This document shows positions 34,491-49,197 of a DNA stretch of 64,000 nt, piece by piece. A program made the translations under genes and the position numbers. Position 1 is the first letter of the stretch. Each line of letters begins with the position of its first letter. This DNA comes from Macrostomum lignano. Taxonomy: Eukaryota. The notes beneath the pieces were generated by a model. It did not search any database. It saw only the letters and a program-made list of their open reading frames with translations, and was not told where the DNA came from. Where the stretch lies: positions 62,001-126,000 of the forward strand of contig NIVC01000522.1 in assembly GCA_002269645.1 (NCBI GenBank), written 5' to 3'.

Positions 34491-34659
34491 CTGGATGGTA
34501 GAGGATAAAAATCTTGCATATTGTTGAAAATTCTTGGAAATTTCACAAGGAAATTGCGATGAACCCAGCAAAAACTGCGCTGATATTCTTGAGACATCAT
34601 TCGGAAATCCTCCTGGATGTTGAGAAAAACCCGTTGCAAATCAACAGGAAATCCCTTCG

Positions 34660-35060
34660 GAAATCACGTCGGAAATCCTGTCGGGAATCTCCAGGTAATC
34701 CCATCGGTAGTTTTCAGGGAATCTCAATTGAAATCCCACAGGGAATTCCAACGAAAACCCACATGGAGTCTCATCGGAAATCCCATTGGAAACCCCATCG
34801 AAAATATCATCGGAAATCCCATCGGAAATTTTCAGGAAATCCCCTCTGAAATCCCTGGGAAATCCCACCAGAAATCTCCAGGAAATCGCATCAAAAATTT
34901 ACGGAATCCCATCGGAAATTCTCATGAAATCCCATTGGAAATTCCCAGGAAATCCCATCGGGAATCCCCAGGAAATCCCATCGGAAATTCCCATGAAATC
35001 CCATCAAAAATCCCCAGGAAATCCCATCGGAAATCCCCAGGAAATCCCATCAGAAATCTC
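34660..35060. repeat. Degenerate GGAAATCCC(ATC) repeat
   Basis: Fills junctophilin intron 5. Confidence 0.8.
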
Positions 35061-35100
35061 TAGGAAGCACCATCAATGAATCATCAAACAAAGCGCTCAC

Positions 35101-35459
35101 CTGTACTGATCGAAATGATCGCTAGCCGGGGCGCCGCCGCTGCCACCGCTGAGAATTTGTGCCAGCGGTTCAACTCTATCAGTTGAATAAGCTGGCTGCG
35201 ACATCTGCTGCTGCTGCTGCTGCTGAAGCTGCTGGCGTCTCAGCTGAGGGTTCTGAGCAGCTGCAGGGGCTGCCTGCAGCCGGGTGACAACTTCGTTGAC
35301 ATCAGGACCAGCTGGCGCAGCCGAAGATGGCGCACCTGCGGCCTGTTGAACCGTCGGGTTCTGGCTGATGGGAGGCGCTTCTCCGCCGCCACCGCCGCCT
35401 CCGCCGCTGCCGCGTCGGACCGCCCGAAAGCTGCCGCGTCGACTGCCGCCTCCACCGAC
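35101..35459 (-). CDS. JPH: Junctophilin exon 5 (low-complexity divergent region)
   Basis: GC-rich, Gly/Ala/Gln-rich frame ending DHFDQY; AG/GT bounded, phase 0/2. Confidence 0.75.
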
Positions 35460-36217
35460 CTGAATTTGAATTTTAGCGCACCTTTTCTTAGAAAGCATTT
35501 TCCTTAAAAGACACTTCATTGATAAAATTAAACAAAAATTAACAATTGTGATTTTTTAATTTTTCTTATTTTGTCGAAACTCTTTTACTGATAACTTTAA
35601 CATTATTTTGTTTTAAATATTTGTTTTTCTCAAATCATTCTCGCAATTGTTGTCATCTCTAACTAGACTCTAACTAAGTGTCAGAATTTCAAAAAAAAGA
35701 ATTACTACTTGCTATCAGTAGCTTAAGTAGTAACAATGCACCAATTTATCCTGTAAAAAAGACAAAAGGAAAATGCAGGGACAATAAACTGGGGTTTTTG
35801 GTTGCAGCATTGAAACTACCTGCTCCATTATCAATCGATGCTTTGGTTTCCCCCGGTTACTCTGCACCGACATGGAATTTCTTGTCTTAAGAGACTTGCA
35901 ATTGTCGCTCTTCTTCTAGAAGATAGCAGACTTCCGTACGCAGTTCCAGTAGGTTTTCTGTCATCCCGACCTTGTGAGAGTCTTTCTCTCTCCTCCGCTC
36001 TCACTCGCTCCTTTTATGGTTATAGAATGAGGAGATGTGGAATCAATAAGTTGATGAGGCCCCACAAAAGCCAGCGCCAAGGATGCTTGTGAGGCCTGCC
36101 AGAATGCGGCTGAGTCTGCAGGGGCAGCAGCCGCGGACAGGAAGGGAAGGAATGGGTCTGCTCAGCTGGGACTGATGGCTGCACTAGACTCAGGGGCTGT
36201 GAGCTAACCAATTCCTT

Positions 36218-37172
36218 CTTCACGATCCCTCATTCATAATCCCTCATTCACGATCCCTTATTAACGATCCCTTCTTCACGATCCCTCATTCACGATCCCT
36301 CATTCACGATCCCTCCTTCACGATCCCTCATTCACGATCCCTCCTTCACGATCCCTCATTCACGATCCCTCATTCACGATCCCTCCTTCACGATCCCTCA
36401 TTCACGATCCCTCTTTCACGATCCCTCCTTCACGATCCCTCATTCACGATCCCTCATTCACGATCCCTCATTCACGATCCTCCCTCATTCACGATCCCTC
36501 ATTCACGATCCCTCATTCACGATCCCTCATTCACGATCCCTCATTCACAATCCCTCATTCACGATCCCTCCTTCACGATCCCTCATTCACGATCCCTCAT
36601 TCACGATCCCTCCTTCACGATCCCTCATTCACGATCCCTCATTCACGATCCCTCCTTCACGATCCCTCATTCACGATCCCTCTTTCACGATCCCTCCTTC
36701 ACGATCCCTCATTCACGATCCCTCATTCACGATCCCTCATTCACGATCCTCCCTCATTCACGATCCCTCATTCACGATCCCTCATTCACGATCCCTCATT
36801 CACGATCCCTCATTCACAATCCCTCATTCACGATCCCTCCTTCACGATCCCTCATTCACGATCCCTCTTTCACGATCCCTTATTCACGATCCCTCATTCA
36901 CGATCCCTCCTTCACGATCCCTCATTCACGATCCCTCCTTCACGATCCCTCATTCACAATCCCTCATTCACGATCCCTCATTCACGATCCCTCCTTCACG
37001 ATCCCTCATTCACGATCCCTCCTTCACGATCCCTCATTCACAATCCCTCATTCACGATCCCTCATTCACAATCCCTCATTCACGACCCCTCATTCACGAT
37101 CCCTCATTCACGATCCCTCATTCACGATCCCTCATTCAAAATCCCTCATTCACGATCCCTCATTCACGATCC
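36218..37172. repeat. 14-bp minisatellite (ATTCACGATCCCTC)
   Basis: Tandem units with an internal block duplication. Confidence 0.92.
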
Positions 37173-37509
37173 CTTGTTTACTCTCTTCTTCACTCCCAAT
37201 TAGTCCCATTCTCTTTCACTCATTCGCTCAATATTTGCGCAATAATGGATGTCAGTTCCTGCCTCAGCAAAACTAATTAGCAAATGCAACATGAAAATCT
37301 TGTGAAGGATTTTTTGTTTAACTAAAGGCCTTTTTTCAATCAGCTGTTTCTTGGAAAAGCAGTCAAATGAATTGAAATTCTAGGCTTTAAGACACAATAT
37401 ACTTCCTAGTCTTTGAGGATAAACTGATTTTCAGAGAAAATATGAAATCTTTTAAAGAAATTAAAATCGACTTCTAGGAGTCAAGCTCTGTCCTTATTTC
37501 CGTACTTTC

Positions 37510-38855
37510 CGAATTCTCCTGAATTCCCCAAACTCTCCTAAATTCCCTCGACCTCACCTGAATTCCCTCAAACTCTTCAGAATTTCCCCAAGTTCTACTG
37601 AATTCCCCCAAGCTCTCCTGAATTCCCCCAAGCTCTCTTGAATTCCCCCAAGCTCTCCTGAATTCCCCCAAGCTCTCCTGAATTCCCCCAAGCTCTCCTG
37701 AATTCCCCCAAGCTCTCCTGAATTCCCCCAAGCTCTCCTGAATTCCCCCCAGCTCTCTTGAATTCCCCCAAGCTCTCCTGAATTCCCCCAAGCTCTCCTG
37801 AATTCCCCCAAGCTCTCTTGAATTCCCCCAAGCTCTCCTGAATTCCCCCAAGCTCTCTTGAATTCCCCCAAGCTCTCCTGAATTCCCCCAAGCTCTCCTG
37901 AATTCCTCTAAAATCTCCAGAAGTCTCCAAGCTCTCCTGAATTCCCCCAAGCTCTCCTGAATTCCCCCAAGCTCTCTTGAATTCCCCCAAGCTCTCCTGA
38001 ATTCCCCCAAGCTCTCCTGAATTCCCCTGAAATCTCCAGAAGTCTCCAAGCTCTCCTGAATTCCCCCAAGCTCTCTTGAATTCCCCCAAGCTCTCTTGAA
38101 TTCCCCCAAGCTCTCTTGAATTCCCCCAAGCTCTCCTGAATTCCCCCAAGCTCTCCAGAATTCCCCCAAGCTCTCCAGTATTCCCCCAAACTCTCCAGAA
38201 TTCCCTAAAATCTCCAGAAGTCTCCAAGCTCTCTTGAATTCCCCCAAGCTCTCCTGAATTCCCTAAGATTTCCTTAATTCCCGCAAGATCTCCTGAATTC
38301 CCCCAAGATCTCCTTAATTCCTTCAAGCTCTCCTGAATTCCCCAAAGCTCTCCTGAATTCCCCCAAGCTCTCCTGAATTCCCCCAAGCTCTCCTGAATTC
38401 CCCCAAGCTCTCCTGAGTTCCCCCAAGATCTCCTGAATTCCCCCAAGCTCTCCTGAGTTCCCCCAAGATCTCCTGAATTCCCCCAAGCTCTCCTGAATTC
38501 CCCCAAGATCTCCTTAATTCCCCCAAGATCTCCTTAATTCCCCCAAGCTCTCCTGAATTCCCTAAGATTTCCTTAATTCCCGCAAGATCTCCTGAATTCC
38601 CCCAAGATCTCTTTAATTCCTTCAAGCTCTCCTGAATTCCCCAAAGCTCTCCTGAATTCCCCCAAGCTCTCCTGAATTCCCCCAAGCTCTCCTGAATTCC
38701 CCCAAGCTCTCCTGAGTTCCCCCAAGATCTCCTGAATTCCCCCAAGCTCTCCTGAGTTCCCCCAAGATCTCCTGAATTCCCCCAAGCTCTCCTGAATTCC
38801 CCCAAGATCTCCTGAATTCCCCCAAGATCTCCTGAATTCCTTCAAGCTCTTCTGA
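37510..38855. repeat. 20-bp minisatellite (GAATTCCCCCAAGCTCTCCT)
   Basis: An EcoRI site in each unit; source of the GEFRRAWGNS pseudo-ORFs. Confidence 0.92.
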
Positions 38856-39519
38856 AAAATCAGAATTCCTCAGATTTTTCTGAATTTCTTGAATTAACTA
38901 CCAGTAAGTCTGTTATCTGCACTATCTGGAATCCTTCCCATGCACTCCTTCGCACATCTTCCCCATTCCAAAATCTTTGCCAAAGATCTCATTAAAAATT
39001 GCAAAAAATAAGTTGAGCAAACAAATCCAAAAGTCACGTAGCTGTGAGCAGACAAGGAGATGAAGTCCAACTCCATCAACCCCCTTCACCCAATGCCAAT
39101 CTCAATTCACGCAGTAGTTCGACTTTGACCGAGAACAGCCTCGGACTCCGACAGGGGTCCTGGCATAGCAACCAGCCTGAGCACACGGCCTGACACTTTT
39201 TTATCGACTCTAACGAAGCTCGGGCCGAGTCTATATGAGCCGGGATTTAGCTCAAATATTGAATTAGGCATAACTCTGTTTGACTGGCTCTGATCCCCAT
39301 ATTTGACGTCGACCCCCCACCCCCCAGCCGCGTGGGTGGGTGGGCGGTTCTCTCAGTCTCAATCGCACAGCATTTAACAAATGGAGAGCTGCGCTAGACT
39401 CTGCGAGAAGAGGGACCCAGTGTGCACTTTGATTTTTGAGTGGAGTTATTCTCCAAGTACTCCACCAATACCGTTATTAATCCGTTCTCTTATTCACTCT
39501 ATTTTCACTCCTGACACCG

Positions 39520-40025
39520 TTTCTTATTGTCACTCCGTCATTCTATCATTTCACTCTGGAACTCTCTCCCATTATCACTCCGTCACTCTCTCATAATGTC
39601 ACTCCGTCACTCTCATATTGGCACTCCATCACTCTCTGTCTTATATTGTCACCCCCGTCACTTTCTGTCTCATATTGTCACTCCGTCACTCTCATATATT
39701 GTCACTCCGTCACTCTCATATTGTCACTCCGTCACTCTCTTATATTATCACTCCGTCACTCTCATATATTGTCACTCCGTCACTCTCATATTATCACTCC
39801 GTCACTCTCTTATATTGTCACTCTGTCACTCTCATATTGTCACTCCGTCACTCTCTATCTTATATTGTCATCCCGTAACTCTCTGTCTCATATTGTCACT
39901 CAGTCACTCTCATATTATCATTCCGTCACTCTCTTATATTGTCACTCCGTCACTCTCTTATATTGTCACTCCGTCACTCTCATATTGTCGCTCCGCCCCT
40001 CTCTATCTCATATTGTCACTCCATT
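39520..40025. repeat. 22-25-bp minisatellite (TCACTCCGTCACTCTCATATTG)
   Basis: Tandem degenerate units. Confidence 0.85.
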
Positions 40026-40529
40026 ATTCCCTCTAATATCGTATTAAATTCTGTGATTATAATACGTCAAAAATTTGTTATAACGTTACTGAATCGCAAC
40101 CTAATTTAGGATCGGGTTTAAACAAACAAAAAAATTCATATGAAATCCAGAACCAGTTCAAGAAATTCAACCTCTAAGCAAGTTTGTGCAGAATAAAAAT
40201 TTTGCACACAATGTGCGCAGACAATGTGAGCATGGACTGTGCGTGCTGAATATTTGGTGTCCAACTGGTGAACTAATAGCAGGTAGATTAAATTGTACAA
40301 ACAGTGAACAGTGCTCTGTTGTGCGGGTTGGCATCCTTACCTGGCATACAATACCACCAAGACAGTCATCAGTTGCCAAACTATCTGACAAAGATAACTG
40401 ACTAATTGTCAGTTCTATATCAACATGCTGGAATAAGTGACACCGGTGTAGCTGGGCATGAATTATTGCTTATGGATTGGATATGAAATTTGATTAGATT
40501 TTCTGTGGGACCAACTGTATATATGTTCT

Positions 40530-41095
40530 CGGCTACCCAGTGTACATAGTTTCGGCTAGTCAATGTACAAAGCTTAGGTTACCTAATGTACATAGCTTAG
40601 GTTAACCAATGTACAATTCATTGCTTCTGCTAGCCAACGTACATAGCTTAGGTTAACCAATGTACAAGGCATTGCTTCTGCTAGCCAATGTACATAGCTT
40701 AGGTTAACCAATGTACAATGCATTACTTCGGCTAGCCAATGTACATAGCTTAGGTTAACCAATGTACAATGCATTACTTCGGCTAGCCAATGTACATAGC
40801 TTCGGCTAGCCACTGTACATAGCTTAGGCTAGCCAATGTACATATCTTTGGCATCCCAATGTACATAGCTTAGGCTAGCCAATGTACATGGCTTTGGCAT
40901 CCCAATGTACATAGCTTAGGCTAGCCAATGTACATAGCTTTGGCATCCCAATGTACATAGCTTTGGCATCCCAATGTACATAGCTTAGGCTAGCCAATGT
41001 ACATATCTTTGGCATCCCAATGTACATAGCTTAGGCTAGCCAATGTACATAGCTTTGGCATCCCAATGTACATAGCTTCGGCTAGTTAATGTACG
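40530..41095. repeat. CAATGTACATAGCTT(A/T/C)GG-based minisatellite
   Basis: About 23-bp units plus longer composite units. Confidence 0.85.
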
Positions 41096-41209
41096 TGTAT
41101 TTGTGCCATATTTTAATTAAACGAAAAGTTGTAACGAAAAACGCACTCCTAACTTTGCATGCAAAGATAAAATTCAAATGAGAAAATTGTAATCATATTA
41201 TAAGTTTAC

Positions 41210-41460
41210 CTGCAGGATGCCATCCACCTGAAGGCCGCCACCACCCTGTTGCTGCGGCGGACTCAGCCCTGGAGACTCTTCAATGTTGCGCTGTCTCTGA
41301 AGAGTGCGAGAATTCGCTGCCGCCGCCGCTGCTGCCGACGTCGTTGTCGCGCTTGTCGAATTGGCGCTGACGCCTGACGGTTTAGAGCCATTTTGATGGC
41401 TGGTTAGCGACAAGCTGTTGAGGGCATCCGAGTCCAATCGGCGTTTGAGAAATTCCGAGC
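41210..41460 (-). CDS. JPH: Junctophilin exon 4
   Basis: Starts GSEFLKRRL (compare GPEYQKRRL). ttcag acceptor and CAG|GTA donor; phase 1/0. Confidence 0.8.
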
Positions 41461-42339
41461 CTGAAGTTAAATTAACGTCGTCGAATTCAAAATTTAAAAA
41501 ACACGACGGCTTTTTTTAGAGAAGAATTCTTTGACTCATGCAAATGTATCTATTTTTAGAAAGTGATTTTATCACTCACGAAATTGAAGCTATTTTTAGA
41601 AAGAAACTCTATGAATCACGAACATGTGCCTATTTTTAGAAACACGAAAGCTGTGAGTCACAAAAAGCCTGCTTTTAGAAACAGAATTTGTAGTTTTTTA
41701 AAACCTAAAATTACGATTTCAGAACGCTCCCCAAAGTAAGAAAATTATTGCAAAACTTTTTGTAACGTTTTTCGATCAGCCGATTAGCATGCAAATAAAT
41801 TTAACAAAACAATAATCGAATTTCGAGAGAAGCAAACTTAATCAAGAAATTGAGTCGCCTTGTCTTGCAATGAGTTGATGCACTTTTCCAGTCTAATTTA
41901 GTGATCTACCCTCTATCTTATTTTGCTCTCTTGGTCAACAGGGGCTGGGGGAGGCTGCTGCATCTTATTTACTCAATGCTGAAATTCAATGCACCGATGC
42001 GGCAGCCGGGATGAAATATCAGATTTTATTTTTCTCCGCGTTTAATTAAACAGAAAATAAGGAAACTGCTGAAGAGGGGAGGTGAACTGGCCTGGGGCAT
42101 GGGAGGGGAGAGACAGTCGGGCGTGATGAAGCTTTATCCCATCTCATCCCTTTCACATCCCTCTCCCCATCTCCTCCTCGCTTCCTATTTTTCCCATCAC
42201 TCGGTCGGGCTCATAGCGTCGCCAGGGAATTCCCGAGCGCCGCCGTGGACTGTGGCGTGCGAGTGGAAAACAGCGAGCGAGTTATGTTATCTGCATGTAG
42301 GAGTGCTAATCTACATTAGACTGGCTCTGTGTAGAGGGT

Positions 42340-43625
42340 GACAGATTCTGTATAGAGTGACAGATTCTTCAGAGTGAAAGATTCTGTATAGAGTGACAGA
42401 TTCTGTATAGAGTGAAAGATTCTGTATAGAGTGACAGATTCTGTATAGAGTGACAGATTCTGTATATAGTGCCAGATTCTGTATAGAGTGACAGATTCTG
42501 TATAGAGAGACAGATTCTGTATAGAGTGACAGATTCTGTATAGAGTGACAGATTCTGTATAGAGTGACAGATTCTGTATAGAGTGACAGATTCTGTATAG
42601 AGTGCCAGATTCTGTATAGAGTGCCAGATTCTGTATAGAGTGAAAGATTCTGTATAGAGTGACAGATTCTGTATAGAGTGACAGATTCTGTATAGAGTGA
42701 AAGATTCTGTATAGAGTGACAGATTCTGTATAGAGTGACAGATTCTGTATAGAGTGACAGATTCTGTATAGAGTGACAGATTCTGTATAGAGTGACAGAT
42801 TCTGTATAGAGTGACAGATTCTTCAGAGTGAAAGATTCTATAGGGTGACAGATTTCTATAAAGTGACAGATTCCTTAGAGTGACAGATTTCTATAAAGTG
42901 ACAGATTCCAGAAATAGACAGGTTCAATAGGGTGACAGGTTCTACATAGAATGACAGATTTTGTAGAGTGACAGATTCCATAGAGTGATAGATTCCATAG
43001 AGTGATAGATTCCATAGAGCGACAGATTCCATAGAGTGACAGATTCCATAGAGTGACAGATTCCATAGAGTGATAGATTCCATAGAGTGACAGATTCCAT
43101 AGAGTGATAGATTCCATAGAGTGACAGATTCCATAGAGTGATAGATTCCATAGAGTGACAGATTCCATAGAGTGATAGATTCCATAGAGTGACAGATTCC
43201 ATAGAGTGACAGATTCCATAGAGTGACAGATCCATAGAGTGATAGATTCCATAGAGGGACAGATTCCATAGAGTGACAGATCCATAGAGTGACAGATTCC
43301 ATAGAGTGACAGATTCCATAGAGTGACAGATTCCATAGAGCGACAGATTCCATAGAGTGACAGATTCCATAGAGTGATAGATTCCATAGAGTGACAGATC
43401 CATGGAGTGATAGATTCCATAGAGCGACAGATTCCATAGAGTGACAGATCCATAGAGTGACAGATCCATAGAGTGATAGATTCCATAGAGGGACAGATTC
43501 CATAGAGTGACAGATCCATAGAGTGACAGATTCCATAGAGTGACAGATTCCATAGAGTGACAGATCCATGGAGTGATAGATTCCATAGAGCGACAGATTC
43601 CATAGAGCGACAGATTCCATAGAGT
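42340..43625. repeat. Two related arrays: 19-bp (GACAGATTCTGTATAGAGT) then 17-bp (GACAGATTCCATAGAGT)
   Basis: Unit length switches at about 42950. Confidence 0.9.
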
Positions 43626-43720
43626 GAGATATTTTATAGAGAGAGACACATTCGTAGGTCCGGTCAGGTAGACAAAGTGACAGAGTGGATGACAGGGCAC
43701 CTGTCAGTCAAGCGGCTCAC

Positions 43721-43839
43721 CTGGCTGATGAAAATCTGGCGCATACTCGTGCGCTAAACGGCGCGCCATTTCCGCATCTTGGCGCGCTTTTTCCGCGGCC
43801 TGATCCGCCAGTTCCGCTTTCTGGCGACTGACCTGCTGC
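43721..43839 (-). CDS. JPH: Junctophilin exon 3
   Basis: KAELADQAAEKARQDAEMARRLAHEYAPDFHQPG matches the conserved ...ELAPDFYQPG. Not in the ORF track; phase 2/1. Confidence 0.92.
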
Positions 43840-44039
43840 CTGCAAAGTTAATTGGATAGTAAAGTTTAATTACCGATATGTTGTGTAAAACACTTCTCCC
43901 ATAGACTCCTGTCACGACAGTGGGCAAACCTCAACTGCTGGACATCCTCAGCTAGTCTCTTAAGCATTCCGCCATCACCCTGACGCTGTCAGCACCTTCA
44001 ACGGGTGGCACCTTGATATTGACAAGGTCCCACCAGGTG

Positions 44040-44570
44040 TCAACTCATCGACAATACTAGGCCATAGACAACTCATTGACAATACTAGGCCATAGACAAC
44101 TCATTGACAATACTAGGCCATAGACAACTGTTTGAATTTACTAGGTCATAGAAAACTCATTGACATTACTAGGCCATAGACAACTCATTGGCACTACTAG
44201 GCCATAGACAACTCTTTAATTTACTATGTGATAGACAACTCACTGACATTACTAGGCCATAGACAACTCATTGACATTACTAAGCCATAGACAACTCTTT
44301 GAATTTACTATGTGATAGACAACTCACTGACATTACTAGGCCATAGACAACTCACTGACATTACTAGGCCATGGACAACTCATTGACATTACTAGGCCAT
44401 AGACAACTCATTGACATTACTAGGCCATAGACAACTGTTTGAATTTACTAGGTCATAGACAACTCACTGACATTACTAGGCCATAGACAACTCATTGACA
44501 TTACTAGGCCATAGACAACTCATTGACACTACTAGGCCATAGACAACTCATTGAAATTACTAGGCCACAC
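44040..44570. repeat. 28-bp minisatellite (TACTAGGCCATAGACAACTCATTGACAT)
   Basis: Tandem units in junctophilin intron 2. Confidence 0.88.
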
Positions 44571-45139
44571 ACAATAGATTCCAAATAAGTTACAAGTGCC
44601 TCCCACCGCGAACAACTTTGTATAGGCTTGTAAGCTACATATTTTCGGGAAAAATCCTAACTTCAGCGAGTCAGTAGATTATAGCTTGTTCTGCCAGTAC
44701 GTTGGTTCAGCTGCTTCCAGAAAAAATGATGAATTAAACCAGTATCCTGTGCGCTTTTTCGGAGGAGCAAAAACTTTCTCTCTGACATTTCGCCATCTTC
44801 GCGGTAAAAATCCGCGAAAAAAAGTACAAATAAATTGCTTCACTCCTGAAGAGAAATGACTTTTCTTTAAAAAGAATAGTTCAGGTAGCTCTGGTATGCC
44901 AAACTGACGAGGTTCATATTGGTGATGGAGAGTTAAAATAATTGTGTGGAAAAAGGTTATCAGAAGGGGGAGAGGAGGAGTAGAAGGGGGAGAAGAGGTG
45001 TAGAAGGGGGAGAGGAGGAGTAGAAGGGGGAGAGGAGGACGTAAGAAAGAAATAAGAAGCAAGAAATACAAGCTTGGATAGTGAATTGTGCTCAAAATGC
45101 CACAATCTATCAAACGGCCCCCTCAAGTACTAAGCGCAC

Positions 45140-45944
45140 CTGGACTGAGCATTCTCAGCCTTCTTGATGGCCTCAGCCATGGCGTTCCTCGCCTCGCGCA
45201 CAGCCGTCTCGACGCGTTCGCGCAATCGGGCGGTCTTGATGATGAACAGTTTGCTCCGCCTGGCTGTCGATGCCACCAGCACGTTGCTTTTGTACTTTCC
45301 GGCTTCGACGCTGCCGTCTGGGAAAGTCGTGCAGCCGTAGCCGTGCTTCTTGTTGTCCTCCCATTCGCCCTCGTACTTCAGGCCGTCGCTTCTCTCGGCG
45401 ACGCCCAGGCCGGACCTCTTGTCCTGCTTCCAGTCGCCGTAGTAGGCCTCCGTAGTCGACGGGTCGACGATCTCTTCGAAAAAGTCCGGCGAAGCTGTGC
45501 CGACGACGCCTCCTCCGGCGGTGAGAGTGGCCGACCTGTCGCTCAGAGCCGAGCGCAAGGAGCCCGAATAGCGAGCGGACGAGCGCTGGTCATTGTTCAC
45601 GTCGCCTGTCGAGCGCTGCTTGCGCAACCGACCGATCAGACCCTTAGTGAGCGAGTTGCGCTTCGTCGACTGGCCAGCCTGGCCGGAGGACAGCGCCGCC
45701 GCGGCGTCGATCATGCGGCCGCGCAGGACGAAACCGCCTCGAGGCTCGTCGAGTCGTTTGGCTCGCTCTCGGGCGTCTTGGGCAGCGGCCGCCTCGGCCG
45801 AGGCCTCATCCTGGGAGCGCAGAGAGGTCAGCGATTCCCGGAGACGGCGCTCCTCTTTGTAGTGAGCGGCCAAGCCGAATGGGACCGACTGGCGAATGCC
45901 CAGGCCGTGGCGGGTGCCGTGGAACCAGCAGCCCGAGTAGGTGC
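45140..45944 (-). CDS. JPH: Junctophilin exon 2 (MORN repeats, joining region, start of the alpha-helix)
   Basis: TYSGCWFHGTRHGLGIRQSVPFG, RGGFVL, TEAYYGDWKQDKRSGLG and YEGEWEDNKKHGYG. Phase 1/2. Confidence 0.95.
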
Positions 45945-47149
45945 CTGCGTGGACAATTCGGGAGATTAGATGCGCATTAATAATAATTGGTAATTGCAGG
46001 AGAATTTGAATCTTCCCGAAGCATCGTCTTTATTTTGCAACCAACTCCACTGCCTCCTGAGATCATAGAACATGAGCACGATCACACAGGGTGTACGCCA
46101 GGACAACTGAAGTAAAGAAAATTTGGCGTATTCTTAAATTGCACGAAATTGGGTTGTTTTCACTGTACTTGACTGTATGCTGCTTATACATGTAGTCTAC
46201 TATTTTATTACTTACATTTTAACGAAGAACAAAATTCTGGTCCTAATGCCGAAAGAATTAGCTTCCTACGTGCAACTAGTCGAGAATTACATATGTGTGA
46301 AGACCATGCAGGCCTCCAATAAAAATTACACGATACGCGAGTGTTGCGTCCTACTACTTAAGTTGTCCTTGGGTGTACAGCGGCCGTGCATAAAAGCTCC
46401 AAACAAATGTGACTGTCGACTGTGAGATAGAACCCAAGGTCGCTTCTCAAGAGTCAGACGACGCTTTTACCATATGCTTACAGTCCCAGGGGGCTTTAGT
46501 CGCAATGCTATTTTTTTGACTCGTGCATATCAAATTTCTCTGGGAAACTGCCGCCATCATGGGACCCATCAAGCAAAAGGCACACAGAAAATCTGCCAGA
46601 GAGTACATCAAGTGCTCCGCTGTCGATCGAATGGGCATCACCGCGCTCGACTCAACTTCGCTTCATTTTACCATCATATTGCCCCACCTTGTACTCGTTT
46701 CCTACTTGAAGACCTGCCTGTGTTGTCTTAGTGCCCTCCCTCTGTCAAGGGCATGGAACATGGGCCGATTGGATGGTGCAGGAGGAAGCTTAGATAAGCA
46801 TGAGCACTCAGAGCACAGAGCATTGCAGCTGTTGTTCCTCAGCCAATATTCCCATGTGATTTATCTATAATCAGAACCCTATGCTCAGCATTAACTCATT
46901 AATTAGCCATTGTCGCTCCAACTATTCGTGCATCACGCGATTATACCCAGGCATAAAGTACAGATTTCTGTATTTCTAATTATGGGTTAACTGCACTCTC
47001 AGAGTCTCAGGTAGAAACTGCATCAAATCTATAATTAGTTGAGGTCTCTTATGTAGGTCAAGTGATATAATAGACTGACTGCAGTAGTATCAAATATTTA
47101 TGGTCGTGAACAGCTAAATTAGAAAGACGCGTAACCACTTACGCCATTT

Positions 47150-47530
47150 TTGTGGAGCGCCATTTTTTGTGAAGGTGTTATTTTTGTAAAGGTGCCATTT
47201 TTTAAAAAGTGTCATTTTCTGAGAGAGCCATTTTTGTGAGTGGCATTTTTGTTAGAGTGCCATTTCTGAGGGAGTGCCATTTTGGTAAAAGGGCCCTTTT
47301 TGTGAGAGTGCCATTTCTGTGAGAGTGCCATTTTTTGAGAGTGCCATTTTTGTGAGAGTGCCATTTTTGTGAGAGCGCCATTTTTGTGAGAGTACCATTT
47401 TTGTGAGAGTGCCATTTTTGTTAGAGTGCCATTTTTTGAGAGTGCAATTTCTGCGAGAGTGCCATTTTTTGAGAGTGCAATTTTTGTGAGAGTGGCATTT
47501 TGGTAAAAGTGTCCTTTTTGTGAGACTGCT
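47150..47530. repeat. About 18-bp repeat (TGCCATTTTTGTGAGAG)
   Basis: Degenerate tandem units. Confidence 0.8.
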
Positions 47531-48146
47531 GTTTTTGTGAGTGTCTTTTTTGTCTTTGTGGTGCCATTCTGTGGAGACGCCATTTTTTGGGGGAGCGCCA
47601 TCAGTCACCGGCGTAAAAGCAAAGAATAATAAGTTCAATGATTTAAAAGCTCCTACTTTCAACTTTCCTGATTTTTCTTTCTTATTCGTCAGAGCTGCTG
47701 GTTCTGGAATTTCACTCAGCCGGACCCCGCCAGCCTCCACCGCCCAGCCTTCACTTCTGCAGTTGTAGAAGGAGGAACTGAACCTGAAGAATTTACTGGA
47801 CTGACTTGAACCCTCGTTGCTGCAGTGGCGCGACTGCCTAAGTCTGAAGATCCCCGTTCCGCATCCTCTCCCTCTCCCCCAAGCAGTTCGCCCGGGCAGA
47901 GGGCAGAGCGGGCCTGTCGGGGAAAGTCTGCGTTTTTCCGTGAGAAAAACTGCCCCTTTAGCCGGGGAAAAATATCCCCCCGCCGGAGACTGACTGTTCG
48001 AAGGGGGGAAATGAATGACCGAACCGGATGGGCAGACGACGAGGGGAGGTTGTAGCCTGCTTTAAGCCGCAAAGTGCACAGCCCTGCTGCCGAGCAGGCC
48101 CAGGGGAAAAAGGAAAAGCAATAAATGCTGCCTCCTGCCTGCTATC

Positions 48147-48570
<424 letters not shown>

Positions 48571-49197
48571 TAGATCTATCTAAGATATATCTATATCTTT
48601 CTATCTATCTCTTACTTATTCTATCCTAAAAAGATAAAAGTTATTTTCTCTGAGTGCTGTACAAGAGAACATTATTCGCCGCAAAATTAATGTCATAAAA
48701 CTAAAACTTGGGCTAAGAGACCCGCATTTCGCACAGGAAATCTATAAAAAAAATGTCTCGATTGAGTGCAGTGATCGCTCAGTATTCTCCGACTGTGAGT
48801 CCGGCAATTGAATTAACCCTCCGATTGAAGTGCGGGCAGCCCAGCCCGTTAGTTAATGCCATTCCCGAGGATACGCTCCACAAGCCTACGTGCGGTTTTT
48901 AGAATGGTTCGGGCTCTTCCCAGCGGGGAGGCTTCATGAATGCTTGCTGTGTTGCCATGGTAATCTATTCATAATCAAATCAATTGACTGAGGCTTGTTA
49001 AGCAATATTTGGCCAGCCTGTCTGCTTGAGTGAAAACTGATTATCTGTGCACTTCGTGTGGGAGAGGCCGTGGGGGCCGAGTCTGCGAGTGGAAAAGCAT
49101 CAATTTCACCTGGTTTATGTAGGTCACGTGTTGGGACAGTTGTACTTGTATTGCAAAGATGTCATGGCTGTCAGTTCGGGCCAGTGGCGTCAGTGGC

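Noticed and set aside
32853-34501. 490-aa HNPQSTI ORF and antisense IVDCGLW ORFs
   Set aside because: 7-bp repeat inside junctophilin intron 6; the GC-rich tail of the plus ORF is antisense to exon 6.
37474-38845. GEFRRAWGNS repeat ORFs
   Set aside because: Products of a 20-bp minisatellite.
42856-43700. MESVTLWNLSLYGICHS repeat ORFs
   Set aside because: 17-bp repeat open in all three frames.
45088-45969. 293-aa plus-strand ORF (and 51628-52590, 320 aa)
   Set aside because: Antisense shadows of GC-rich junctophilin exons.
46447-46870. Short ORFs in junctophilin intron 1
   Set aside because: No recognisable domain or phase-compatible splice sites; possibly a decayed transposon, but unsupported.
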